From contig JBEKIG010000014.1 of assembly GCA_050011875.1 (NCBI GenBank), forward strand, positions 1-64,000: a DNA stretch of 64,000 bases. Direction: 5' to 3'. Positions 40,918-50,610 of the stretch are shown here, piece after piece. The translations under genes and the position numbers were made by a program. Within the stretch, counting starts at the first letter, position 1. Each line of letters opens with the position of its first letter. The notes below the pieces were generated by a model. It worked only from the letters and a program-made list of their open reading frames with translations, ran no database searches and was not told where the DNA came from. Source of the stretch: Nitrososphaeria archaeon. Lineage in GTDB: Archaea; Thermoproteota; Nitrososphaeria; JACIWG01.

Positions 40918-41817
40918 TCACAAAGGATGCTCTAGAACTGATTTTAATTTTCCCAGTGAGGCTACAGCATCTTCAAATTTCATCTCAAGGATTATTGGGC
41001 CATCAAATTTCGTATATTCTATTAAACCTATGATTTCGCGAAGGTTTAAACGACCTAAGCCTAGAGGAATATGGTCTCTGAAAACAATTCTGCTACCTTC
41101 GACAAGACGTTTAACATCATGCATGTGAATTTCACCTATCCTTCCTGATGACGCCTTCATTGCCTCCTCAATATTCATGTCACCTGGAAAACCTTCAAGT
41201 ATATGACCTATATCTACACAGACGGATGTATCAAATTCATTTGCTAATTCAATAGAATGACGGAATGGGAATTTAATTGATTCTAAGGCCAGTTTTTTGG
41301 TGGGAACACCCATCGATATCATATTATTAACGAGTTCTTCAACAGTTTTCCGAGAATTATCTGAAAAAATTTTCATACAGGTTTTTTTCAGAGATTCTTC
41401 AATTCTTTGGCCATATATATCTGCAGCAAGTGAGCTAGTTGCATGCATCACGTATGCAATTGGATCAAGTTCTACTACCGCTCTCATAGATTCAACAAGA
41501 ACGTCGACTGCCTTTTTTCTTACTTCTTCTATGTATGAAGAAGGATCTATCGACCAAAACGGAAGATGCACCGAATATGTGATCCCCTTCTCTTTTTTAA
41601 GTAAGTTAAGTTTCTCCAAGTTCTCATTTGTTAATTTTCCTCTCGAATTTGGAAGAAAAAAATACATGTTCATGACAAGTTCAACGTGATTAAAGCCGTT
41701 ATCGATAGCTTTCCTTGTCTGAATGGAATAGTCATAGTGACCATTATCTTTTACATCATTTCTAGCTAACTCCCTTAGGACGGCATCAAACCAGAGCACC
41801 GGTAAACCTATTATCAA
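40918..41817 (-). CDS. xylose-isomerase-like/AP-endonuclease-2 TIM-barrel protein (possibly CbiR-like)
   Basis: SVHLP, ALES, DIGH, IHMHD, DHIPLG and ILE metal-ligand pattern. Confidence 0.8.
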   Translation of the reverse strand: MIIGLPVLWFDAVLRELARNDVKDNGHYDYSIQTRKAIDNGFNHVELVMNMYFFLPNSRGKLTNENLEKLNLLKKEKGITYSVHLPFWSIDPSSYIEEVRKKAVDVLVESMRAVVELDPIAYVMHATSSLAADIYGQRIEESLKKTCMKIFSDNSRKTVEELVNNMISMGVPTKKLALESIKFPFRHSIELANEFDTSVCVDIGHILEGFPGDMNIEEAMKASSGRIGEIHMHDVKRLVEGSRIVFRDHIPLGLGRLNLREIIGLIEYTKFDGPIILEMKFEDAVASLGKLKSVLEHPL

Positions 41818-41968
41818 CTTAAGATCTCCTCATACTTTAATAATATGGTTATCACATGCTTCCAACAATTTAGCCAGTCCGATTGCTTTTAAAAAGTTTA
41901 CAGAGGAACGTATATTGAACACTACATTTATATTTCAAAGAGAGACAGCAACTGTCAGTGTGATTTAG

Positions 41969-42502
41969 GTGCCTTACTGTCCTAAGTGTGGAGCTGAAAT
42001 CTCATCTGACGCAGCCTTTTGTCCTAAATGCGGAAATCAAATATTAGTGTCCGCGATTCCATCAGCTTCTACTACATCACCTGCAGAACGTAGACAGTAT
42101 GGTGAAAAGAGAGAGAAACAAGAAAAAAGGGAGAAAGGAGAAAAAACTGAGAAAGGTGGAGGGAGTGGTGACAGATCTGGTCCAATAGTTGGCGGTTTAA
42201 TTCTTATCTGGCTCGGAATCGTATTCTATGTGATACAGGTTGGTTACGTAACAGGAAGTTACTGGTGGTCATACTTCCTAATAGGGATAGGTGTAATACT
42301 ACTGGTTCAAGCAGTCATAAGATACGCAACCCATAACAGGAGATCAGCGACAGGAACAATGATTGCTGGTTTTATACTATTAATTATTGGATTAGCCGGA
42401 GCTTCAGGTATTAGCAATTGGTGGTTTCTTATATTAATTGCAATAGGTATTTGGGTGATTGCTTCTGGAGTAACTGCTGCTAGAAGAAATCCGAAGCCTT
42501 AG
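41969..42502 (+). CDS. zinc-ribbon membrane protein
   Basis: CPKCG...FCPKCG, an EK-repeat linker and four TM helices. Confidence 0.85.
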   Translation: MPYCPKCGAEISSDAAFCPKCGNQILVSAIPSASTTSPAERRQYGEKREKQEKREKGEKTEKGGGSGDRSGPIVGGLILIWLGIVFYVIQVGYVTGSYWWSYFLIGIGVILLVQAVIRYATHNRRSATGTMIAGFILLIIGLAGASGISNWWFLILIAIGIWVIASGVTAARRNPKP

Positions 42503-43635
42503 TCAAACCATCTCGTGTACGATCGATAGATAATATGTTCTATAATTGTCAGCTTTCGTACTCGACCGAAAACTCTGAAGTATTGTCCACCCATGCACTC
42601 GACCATATCGCTCATATCGTACCTTGGGAACATGACTGATGAAACAATAAGTCGACCCCACTCCCCTCTTTTCATTTCGTATAACATTTTTATACAGCGC
42701 CCCATTTTAACCTCGAATAGATAGCTGTCGTAATTTGGGACTACATATGGTAGACTGTCTAACTGTTGAGCGAACACCCCTTCAGTCGCAGTATACATTT
42801 CCACTACATCTGTATTACCGAAATAATATTTTAGAATAGGCTCATACTTCCAGTGTATTTTTGGGACACTCGTGCAAAATATTGCTTTAACTTTCCAGAA
42901 ATCTTTCGGAATTACATGATGTTTTGCTTTAAGATATTTGGCAAAAGATGCTATTACCGGAGCCACTCCCATACAGACTTCAATATCTTCGTTTCTTGTC
43001 AGCTGATAGGTGAGCTCGAACCTTCTTTCCCAATCTTTTATCGTTAAACCTCCGCCTAAAGCATCTATTTCCTCTTGATGCGGTACAAGATCTAATCCTG
43101 CAAAGCTCGGATTATATCTTGCATACGTTCCAGAACTATGTCCATAAGATGCGACATTTGCCCCGTTTCTGATTGTCCCAATGCGTGAAGGAAAGTTCAG
43201 ATTAAGCACTTTACCCTGTAAGATGTCAAACCGCTTACTTCTAATGACATAATTGGATATGGCTCTAGCCCCACAAGTTAGTATTTGAAATAAAAATTTT
43301 TGAGTAGTAGGCAGAATCTTCGCAGGACCCGTTGTTCCACGTGTCATAACCCAGGCTTCTGCAGGCTCAGGCAATAGAGCTTGATAGTGTCCCTTAGAAA
43401 CTTGTTCAATCTCTGGCTTTAATGAGACATAGTTTGTAATAGGAAATTGTGTCTGATATTCTTCCAAATTCATAGAAGTTGAAGCATCATAACGCTTACC
43501 GTAATCGGTTACGCAATACCCTTCAAGAAGGGATTTCAGAAGAATTTTTTGTGCTAAGGCAGGATCAGACAGAGCCGAATACCATGACTTAAGCACTGCA
43601 TTCAACGGTTCAGGGGACAAACCAATCGATGACAT
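42499..43635 (-). CDS. GH3-family (ANL superfamily) acyl-adenylating enzyme, short form
   Basis: TRGTTGPAKILP, EMYTATEG and RYDMSD motifs; N-terminal Q..LL...T.YG pattern. Confidence 0.8.
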   Translation of the reverse strand: MSSIGLSPEPLNAVLKSWYSALSDPALAQKILLKSLLEGYCVTDYGKRYDASTSMNLEEYQTQFPITNYVSLKPEIEQVSKGHYQALLPEPAEAWVMTRGTTGPAKILPTTQKFLFQILTCGARAISNYVIRSKRFDILQGKVLNLNFPSRIGTIRNGANVASYGHSSGTYARYNPSFAGLDLVPHQEEIDALGGGLTIKDWERRFELTYQLTRNEDIEVCMGVAPVIASFAKYLKAKHHVIPKDFWKVKAIFCTSVPKIHWKYEPILKYYFGNTDVVEMYTATEGVFAQQLDSLPYVVPNYDSYLFEVKMGRCIKMLYEMKRGEWGRLIVSSVMFPRYDMSDMVECMGGQYFRVFGRVRKLTIIEHIIYRSYTRWFD

Positions 43636-44112
43636 AGACGTTCAATTAGGATGAAATCGTTTAATATAATAGCTTAATCCAGTAAGATCATGTGGCAAAA
43701 TAATATATTTTACGAACCATCTTTAATTAGGATCCAAAAAAGCTCTAAGATGTCGTTAGTAAAATGGAATGGACTTTCGGATAGACTTTTTTCAAACATC
43801 AGTTCTGAAAATGAGAACTGTCTCTATCACCTTTTTTAAATTTAGGGTTGTTCAAAGACTTGTAAAAACTTCAGAAGTTAAGATATACTTTTATTTTTTA
43901 GGATAGAAAAACAAATTGAAGAGTTTCTTTAACATCCGTTCTAGGTTTAGTGTTTTAAACGATATTTGAGCTGCCAACTTACGTTTGAGAAGCGAATTCA
44001 CAAAAATTGTTGCCTTGTAAACTATTAATTTTTTCTGGTGCCGAGTTTTATAAGATAACTGGATAAATCGTACATCGACGTTCCTTAAAGGGCAGTTCGT
44101 AGATCACTACTT

Positions 44113-44979
44113 CTAGTCGACGAATTTGGGGAAGAATTCCCTAGGCAAGGAGCAGCAGGCTTTAACGGTGTTGATGTTGTACGTCTTGATTATTTTATTT
44201 CTGGGAACAGCTACTCTATCAACAAGACATCTTTCTATTAACACTTGGTCTATTTCATCTTTAAATCGGGACGGTCTCATACAACCTAAGGCAATTTCAC
44301 TTTTAAACTTTCTGGCATATTTGAAGAGATCAACTAAATCCTCTTTTTTTGGGAGAACACAGTCCTCTATAAAATAATCTGCTGTAGGAATTAAAGAAAG
44401 AAATGTAACAAGATAGGGGTCATAGTCCCTTAATGAGTCTATGGCTTCTTTCTCCTTTAATATCCCGTTGTCACCAAAACCTATTAATAAATGGGGAGCC
44501 AAATATGTAGGCCCATATTTTTTTAAAATCTCCAAACTTTTTAAGTAATCAGAAGGTTTCTTTTTTAGACCTTTTACTTTTTCTATGACAAAGGAATCGA
44601 CTATAAGCTCGAAATCGATAACATCAACATTATTCATTCTAATCTCCTTAGCTAATGCTTCATCTACTAGTCCCGGATGTAAGCTAATTACAATATCTAA
44701 GTCCTTCTTAATCTTTTTTATAGTTGGTAAAAATGGTCTTACCGGTAAAAACCCATTCTGAGTGAAACCACCGCTTATAAGAATTCCTTTTGCGCCTTTA
44801 GAGACCAGATTCCTAGCAGTATTGTATAGAGAGGATGGGGTTGTAGCCGGGTACATGTCTTCCAAATAACGACCTTTGCAGTGTCGACAGTTTAAAGCGC
44901 ATTCTGCACCTGTTATACTTATTGTAGGATAAGTCTTCCCTGGAACAAATGCTGTTACCTTCAACCTGTCCCCTCGCAT
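44113..44979 (-). CDS. lipS1: radical SAM lipoyl synthase component LipS1
   Basis: CALNCRHC radical SAM motif, plus the GCMR and CC motifs described for archaeal LipS1. Confidence 0.85.
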   Translation of the reverse strand: MRGDRLKVTAFVPGKTYPTISITGAECALNCRHCKGRYLEDMYPATTPSSLYNTARNLVSKGAKGILISGGFTQNGFLPVRPFLPTIKKIKKDLDIVISLHPGLVDEALAKEIRMNNVDVIDFELIVDSFVIEKVKGLKKKPSDYLKSLEILKKYGPTYLAPHLLIGFGDNGILKEKEAIDSLRDYDPYLVTFLSLIPTADYFIEDCVLPKKEDLVDLFKYARKFKSEIALGCMRPSRFKDEIDQVLIERCLVDRVAVPRNKIIKTYNINTVKACCSLPREFFPKFVD

Positions 44980-45944
44980 ATTTCTTGGACTTGTTTTGTC
45001 ACCAATTCACTTTCACGGAATAAAAACTCTCTAGAGGGATAATTGTAAATTTTTATTGGCCTTTCGTTATAGAATGGTCTATTGCATCCAGGACAACCAC
45101 TTGTAATGAATGCTTTCTCAAATAAATTTTTTTCAAGATTTTTTCTTAACTTAACCTTATCATTGTCGAATTCTACAATTTTTTTTAGATCGTAGCCTCT
45201 ACTTAAGTGGAAACGTATTATTTGCATTAAACGATAGCTTTCTAGCTTAGGTTGAGAGAGAGCCCCTATTCTTGTTCCACGTATTGGTGTGAAAGCGAAG
45301 AGTGCAACAGCAGCTCCTTTCTTAAAGATCGCTTCCATGGCTTTAACAAATTCTACATCTTTTTCACCTAAACCGTATATCAGATGAACGTAGACGCGTC
45401 CGGATCCGAAGACTTTAACTGATCTGTCTATAAACCTGAAAAAACTGTCGAAGCTGAACGGCTTTTTAAGTGAATCAAATCTATCTGCAACCGCAACATC
45501 TAATCCAATACCCAGATGATCTACACCTAAGCATTTGAGCTTCTCTAAAGAAGGAACATCTATAGGTGTTGTTCCAACAGATATGGGAATCTCAAGTCCG
45601 GAGTCTCTAATCGATTTCACTATTTCGATTAGTTCGAATTGAAAGTCCCTCTTAAGGACTGTCTGAATGCAAATTCTTAGGAAGGGATTTTGGTTTTCTA
45701 GAGGCTCAATCACCTTCTCCAATTCTATAAGTGGCCAAGGAACACGGGAGACAAGGTCTTTACTACAGCGGTTTGAAACGCTTTGGGGACAGAACAGACA
45801 ATTAGCATTGCATCCCTTTTGTGAGTACTGCAATAAGTAAGCTGTTGTTGGCTCTGCAAGCGTCTTCATCTTTATTAATTTTAACGCGGCTAAAGTCCCT
45901 ATTGAAGCTCTGACCTGCGTGACCATCACTTTTCTTAGGGACAA
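44961..45944 (-). CDS. lipS2: radical SAM lipoyl synthase component LipS2
   Basis: CNANCLFC, plus TSGCPGCNRP matching the LipS2 TxGCPxC(N/D)RP motif. Confidence 0.88.
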   Translation of the reverse strand: MSLRKVMVTQVRASIGTLAALKLIKMKTLAEPTTAYLLQYSQKGCNANCLFCPQSVSNRCSKDLVSRVPWPLIELEKVIEPLENQNPFLRICIQTVLKRDFQFELIEIVKSIRDSGLEIPISVGTTPIDVPSLEKLKCLGVDHLGIGLDVAVADRFDSLKKPFSFDSFFRFIDRSVKVFGSGRVYVHLIYGLGEKDVEFVKAMEAIFKKGAAVALFAFTPIRGTRIGALSQPKLESYRLMQIIRFHLSRGYDLKKIVEFDNDKVKLRKNLEKNLFEKAFITSGCPGCNRPFYNERPIKIYNYPSREFLFRESELVTKQVQEICEGTG

Positions 45945-46024
45945 CTCCTCATCCTTCTGTATTTAAAATTATGTGAAATGAAAACTTTTTATAACAATGA
46001 TATAATAGATAAAATTCCAAACTT

Positions 46025-46408
46025 ATGATAAAACAGATCAGGATAAAATTAAGTGTTATAGATAGCATTTTGACGTATGCCTTTAGCAGCCATCCAAATG
46101 AGAGTATACTACTATTAAGAGGGAAAGTTAGTAAAGAGATAATCAATGTCGAAAATGTAATGATACCTCCACTATCTATCCACGGCGAATCCTACTCAAG
46201 TTTTCCGATGCATATGCTCCCCCTCGACTCCTCAATAATTGGAACAGCTCATTCACATCCTTCAGGCTTAGTAAAACCCTCTTTAGAGGACCTTTTACAC
46301 TATTATGGAAAGATTATGGCTATAGCTGGATACCCATACAGAACTGAACGAGACATAAAAATATTCGATAGGGAGGGCCGCGAATTACCCTTTACAGTTG
46401 AAGGATAA
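46025..46408 (+). CDS. JAMM/MPN+ metalloprotease
   Basis: N-terminal Glu (PNES) and HSHP...S.ED JAMM motif. Confidence 0.9.
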   Translation: MIKQIRIKLSVIDSILTYAFSSHPNESILLLRGKVSKEIINVENVMIPPLSIHGESYSSFPMHMLPLDSSIIGTAHSHPSGLVKPSLEDLLHYYGKIMAIAGYPYRTERDIKIFDREGRELPFTVEG

Positions 46409-46511
46409 TTCTTTTACAAAAGATAGCTAATTTAATCAATAATTTTTAATCACATTAGCACAACATTTAAAAGGAGCAATTTTTAATCAGAAGTTAGAGG
46501 TGAACGATGTT

Positions 46512-46658
46512 TTGAGACCTAACTATAGTAGCGGGCCACGCGAAATGCACAAAATTACCTGCTCTGACTGTGGAAAAGAAGACGAAGTACCATTTAAACC
46601 GACCGAAGGAAAGCCCGTATATTGTAGAGAATGCTATAGAAAGCATAAGCAGTATTAA
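46512..46658 (+). CDS. small CxxC-x17-CxxC zinc-ribbon protein (48 aa; not in the ORF track)
   Basis: TTG start after GAGGTGA; PREMHKITCSDCGKEDEVPFKPTEGKPVYCRECY. Confidence 0.88.
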   Translation: MRPNYSSGPREMHKITCSDCGKEDEVPFKPTEGKPVYCRECYRKHKQY

Positions 46659-46817
46659 AGAGAATTATGATCTGTGACTGCCATCAGTTAGCAGTACTGT
46701 TTGATCTGTTCTCACCATTATAATTTTATATTTTTTTTATTAAATTATTTTCTAATCATACGTTAATTCATTACACATTTAACATTACGAATTGTGACTT
46801 TTTTAGTGTTCTAAATT

Positions 46818-48014
46818 ATGTGCAGAATTAACATTGTAAAAGACTTAAATTTTATAGGTTTAAAGATTAATACCATGAGTGGTCCACTGAAAAGAACACA
46901 CCTATTTAGTTTCCATGAAAAGTATGGAAACATCGTAGAGTTTGCTGGATTTGAACACGCACTATTTTACGAAGGAATAGAATCTGAACACATGAGTGTC
47001 AGGAATGCTGTAGGAATATTTGATGTAACTCACATGGGAAGAACACTTATTGAAGGGAAGGAGGCAGTTTATTTACTCGAAAAACTTCTTCCTAGGAAAA
47101 TTTCAAACATGAGTCTCAAGCAGGGGAGATATTCATTCTTTCTTAATAAATTGGGTGGTATTATAGATGACTTGACAGTTTTTAGGCTGGATGATAATAA
47201 ATTTCTTATAGTTTACAACGCTGGTAACCGTGAGAAGGATTTTAAATGGATAAGTGAAAACGCATCACCCTATGAAGTTAGAGTGATGGATGTCTCAGAT
47301 AATGTCGTCATGCTTGCTATCCAAGGTCCAAAAGCGATAAGTACGCTCCAGAAGCTATCTAATATCGAACTGTCTTCAATAAAGAGATACTGGAGTGATT
47401 GGATCAAACTTGGTTCGTTTGATAGTGTCCTTGTTACAAGAACAGGGTATACTGGTGAAGACGGATTTGAGGTTTACCTGTGGGATACTCCTTTAAGTAT
47501 GAATGAAAAAGCTGAAAAGTTTCTTCTGTCAATTCTTGAAGCAGGAAAGGAATTTGGAATAAAACCCTGTGGATTAGGCGCGAGGGACACTTTGAGACTT
47601 GAGGCAGGCATGTGCCTTTATGGTCACGATATAGACGACACCACTTCCCCCTTAGAGGCACGGTTAGATACACTAGTTGACTTTGAAAAAAATGATTTTG
47701 TAGGAAGAGAAGCTTTATTGGAACAGAAGGAAAAAGGCGTGAAACGTTCGAGAGTGTGTATTAAGCTACAAGAAAAGGGAATCCCCCGGCGAGACTGTGA
47801 ATTATTTTATGATGGTATAAAAGTAGGAAGATTAACAAGTGGAACATTCTCACCTCTACTTAAGACAGGAATAGGAATGGGTTACGTGGGTATCAGTGCA
47901 GCCTCCATCGGGAATCAATTACAGGTAAAGATAAGAGAAAATAAGGTCAAATCTGTAGTGGTTGAACCTCCATTCTACGATACAACCAAGTACGGTTTAA
48001 AGAGAATCGCATAG
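46818..48014 (+). CDS. gcvT: glycine cleavage system aminomethyltransferase T
   Basis: FDVTHMG, IIDD, QGP, RTGYTGEDGFE and GARDTLRLEAG; true start probably at the internal MSGP. Confidence 0.95.
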   Translation: MCRINIVKDLNFIGLKINTMSGPLKRTHLFSFHEKYGNIVEFAGFEHALFYEGIESEHMSVRNAVGIFDVTHMGRTLIEGKEAVYLLEKLLPRKISNMSLKQGRYSFFLNKLGGIIDDLTVFRLDDNKFLIVYNAGNREKDFKWISENASPYEVRVMDVSDNVVMLAIQGPKAISTLQKLSNIELSSIKRYWSDWIKLGSFDSVLVTRTGYTGEDGFEVYLWDTPLSMNEKAEKFLLSILEAGKEFGIKPCGLGARDTLRLEAGMCLYGHDIDDTTSPLEARLDTLVDFEKNDFVGREALLEQKEKGVKRSRVCIKLQEKGIPRRDCELFYDGIKVGRLTSGTFSPLLKTGIGMGYVGISAASIGNQLQVKIRENKVKSVVVEPPFYDTTKYGLKRIA

Positions 48015-48035
48015 TGCAATATCGTCACTTAGCTT

Positions 48036-48962
48036 TCAAAATCCGTCAGGAACGAATGTTTTATACTTTCCACCTACTGATTTTAGTAGTTTTGGAACAG
48101 TTTTGGCATCTATAACTATTATATCTCCATTTTTTATTCGGTAATAACTGCCTTTATCAAGCACTTTACCTTTATCGAGATCTACTTTCATAACGTACTT
48201 TTTCTTTAGCTTACCGGATAGCAAAAGCGAGACGATATTTGCAACTGTTTCAGATTCGATTATTCCGTATTTTAGCACTTCCATCTTTTCTCGGTTATCA
48301 TACGACTCCCATGTCGATGGGTTGAAGACATCGCCGGGAGCAATGACATAGAATTCCACCCCCCATTTTTCTCTAATGGATCTTAAAGCGGAAGATATGA
48401 CTAAACCTTCGTTAGCTCTCTTATATGGAACATAGTCAACGTCTTCAGAATAGCCGTAAACAGAAGCTGTCGATGAAATTAGAATTATTCTCCCAAACCT
48501 TTGCTTTATCATGTATGGAAGCACGTATTTTAAGACTCTTACTGATCCGAAATGATCAACTTCAGCAATTTCTTTAAGTTGCTTAATATCCTGTTCATAA
48601 ATCGGTTTCCTCCTATCACGTGTTGCATAGCCAACAGGATTTCCAGCAAAGCTAACGGCAAAATCAATTCGACCATATTTCTTAGCTACAACATCCACCA
48701 AATGTTCAACGTCATAATCGCTGGTAACATCGACTCGGATGGATAAGGGGTCTGTACCAAATTTGTTCTTCAAAGTTTTCTCATATTCTTTTATTAAATC
48801 CAATCGGCGAGCTGCAAGCACCGTATTCACTCCGAGATTGGAAAGATAAAATACGGTGGCTTTACCCATTCCCTCACTTGCCCCTGTTATTATGGCAACT
48901 CTTCCTTTCAGAACGACTTCTCGCACAGTGATACTAAGGAATTTCTTGTTAATATATTTCAT
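48036..48962 (-). CDS. divergent short-chain dehydrogenase/reductase
   Basis: TGASEGMG, ISS, YVPYK and APG motifs; atypical C-terminal extension. Confidence 0.8.
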   Translation of the reverse strand: MKYINKKFLSITVREVVLKGRVAIITGASEGMGKATVFYLSNLGVNTVLAARRLDLIKEYEKTLKNKFGTDPLSIRVDVTSDYDVEHLVDVVAKKYGRIDFAVSFAGNPVGYATRDRRKPIYEQDIKQLKEIAEVDHFGSVRVLKYVLPYMIKQRFGRIILISSTASVYGYSEDVDYVPYKRANEGLVISSALRSIREKWGVEFYVIAPGDVFNPSTWESYDNREKMEVLKYGIIESETVANIVSLLLSGKLKKKYVMKVDLDKGKVLDKGSYYRIKNGDIIVIDAKTVPKLLKSVGGKYKTFVPDGF

Positions 48963-48982
48963 AGTGTGCGATAATCGTATAG

Positions 48983-49645
48983 TTACTCTTGATATTTGAT
49001 CTTGTCTTTTACACCAAGTTGTTCAAAGGCTTCCAGCCTGCTAACGCACCCTCGACATTTACCGCATGCAACTGATTCGTTCTTGTGACAACTCCAAGAC
49101 AGTTCGATCGGTACATCCATCTCTATTGCGAGCTCCACTATCCTTTTTTTATCAAACTTAGCCAGGGGCATATATATTTCTGTTTTGAAATCTTTCCCTA
49201 ACCAACTACCAAATTTTAAAGCTGTGTTCATGGCTTTAATATATCTTGGTTTGGAGTCAGGGAATGGGTCGCTTAACTGATGTCCTGTAATAATATATCT
49301 TGCTCCGATAATCTCAGAAAAATATGATGCGATCCCAAAAAAAACGGTATTTCTACTTGGAATATAAATTGAAGGAATATTGGAGTGTTTCAAAATGTAA
49401 TTCTCTTTTAGTTCCCTTAGTTCGGAGACTTCTCTAAGGAATCCGACATCAATTATCATATGCTCCTCAACATCCGCTTTTTTGAAAATTTTTCTTGCGG
49501 CCTCTATTTCCATACTGTTCCGTTCGTTCAACTTGAAAGATAAAGCATAGACGTCGAACCTTTTCTTAATGAGCCATAGCGCTACAGCTGAATCTATTCC
49601 CCCTGATAGAAGAACAAGCGCTTTAGAACTCTCCAAAACCTTCAT
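48983..49645 (-). CDS. queC: 7-cyano-7-deazaguanine synthase
   Basis: LLSGGIDS, YIPSRN and SWSC...CGKCRGC motifs. Confidence 0.88.
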   Translation of the reverse strand: MKVLESSKALVLLSGGIDSAVALWLIKKRFDVYALSFKLNERNSMEIEAARKIFKKADVEEHMIIDVGFLREVSELRELKENYILKHSNIPSIYIPSRNTVFFGIASYFSEIIGARYIITGHQLSDPFPDSKPRYIKAMNTALKFGSWLGKDFKTEIYMPLAKFDKKRIVELAIEMDVPIELSWSCHKNESVACGKCRGCVSRLEAFEQLGVKDKIKYQE

Positions 49646-50061
49646 TCACCTAATATAATGGATTTCATGACATAACCATGTTCCATTTGACTTCCCAAAG
49701 TCTCTAAAACGTTATTCTTAAAAAGGTGTTTGTGAACAATTTGAGATATTTTAGAATATATAGGGGATCTAGTAGACTCTTAAATCGTAGCTCTAAATAA
49801 TACCATTTTTTATATCATATCTTCTACGTAATCTTTTTACAGGCAATGTTGCTTCATTCTGTCCCTTATATAAGAAACTTAGATTGAAAACAGAATGCAG
49901 ACGGCAGATTCTAAGGTTTACAATTTTTTTCTGATGACTGCAAGATATATGCCTAACATTATTTCTTGGTATAGTAACTTTATATAATTGTGGTAATAAA
50001 ATTGAAATCTTCAAGAAAGGTGATCTGTGAGTGTGTATTTTCTCAATAGAGCTGAGTAAAG

Positions 50062-50610
50062 ATGAGTAGAAATTGGTCATATCAGCAATCATTGAACGAG
50101 CCTGTGTGGATCGCGAGGGACCTATCGAAGTGCAGCGGATGCAGGAAATGCGAAATTGCCTGTTCACTCCATCATGAGAATAGGATATGGCCCGAAGCGT
50201 CAAGAGTGAGGGTCTTCATGTTGGTTCCAGGGGCAGATTTTCCGCATCTATGCGCGCAATGTGAGAACTATCCGTGCGTTAAGGCTTGCCCTTTTCAGGC
50301 TTTGTCAGTTAACAGTAAAACCAGTGCTGTCGCCGTGAACAAGGAAAAGTGTACCGGGTGCGGCAAATGCGTTGAGGCTTGCCCTGGAAGGGTGCCGCAT
50401 TTACATCCTGCCGAGAAGAAAATCGTGATCTGTGACTTGTGCGATGGGGATCCACAGTGCGTTAAGGTTTGCCAGGAAGGCGGTTGGGGGGTCTTGAAAT
50501 CGGTTCCAAGAAGAGAACAGCCTACTGGTCTTTACGCACGCACCCCTGAGGAGACGACAAGAAACCTCGCGACAAAAATGTATGGTGAGAAAGCGGAGGA
50601 GTTTCTCTAA
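50062..50610 (+). CDS. 4Fe-4S polyferredoxin subunit (WOR5S-like)
   Basis: Four Cys clusters (CSGCRKCEIAC, CAQC..PC..AC, CTGCGKC..AC, CDLC...C..VC); IWPEASR; TAATG coupling to the next gene. Confidence 0.9.
   Translation: MSRNWSYQQSLNEPVWIARDLSKCSGCRKCEIACSLHHENRIWPEASRVRVFMLVPGADFPHLCAQCENYPCVKACPFQALSVNSKTSAVAVNKEKCTGCGKCVEACPGRVPHLHPAEKKIVICDLCDGDPQCVKVCQEGGWGVLKSVPRREQPTGLYARTPEETTRNLATKMYGEKAEEFL

Noticed and set aside
48983-49645. QueC as part of a defence system (QatC or Dpd type)
   Set aside because: Normal length and motifs with no accompanying defence genes; archaeosine precursor synthesis is sufficient
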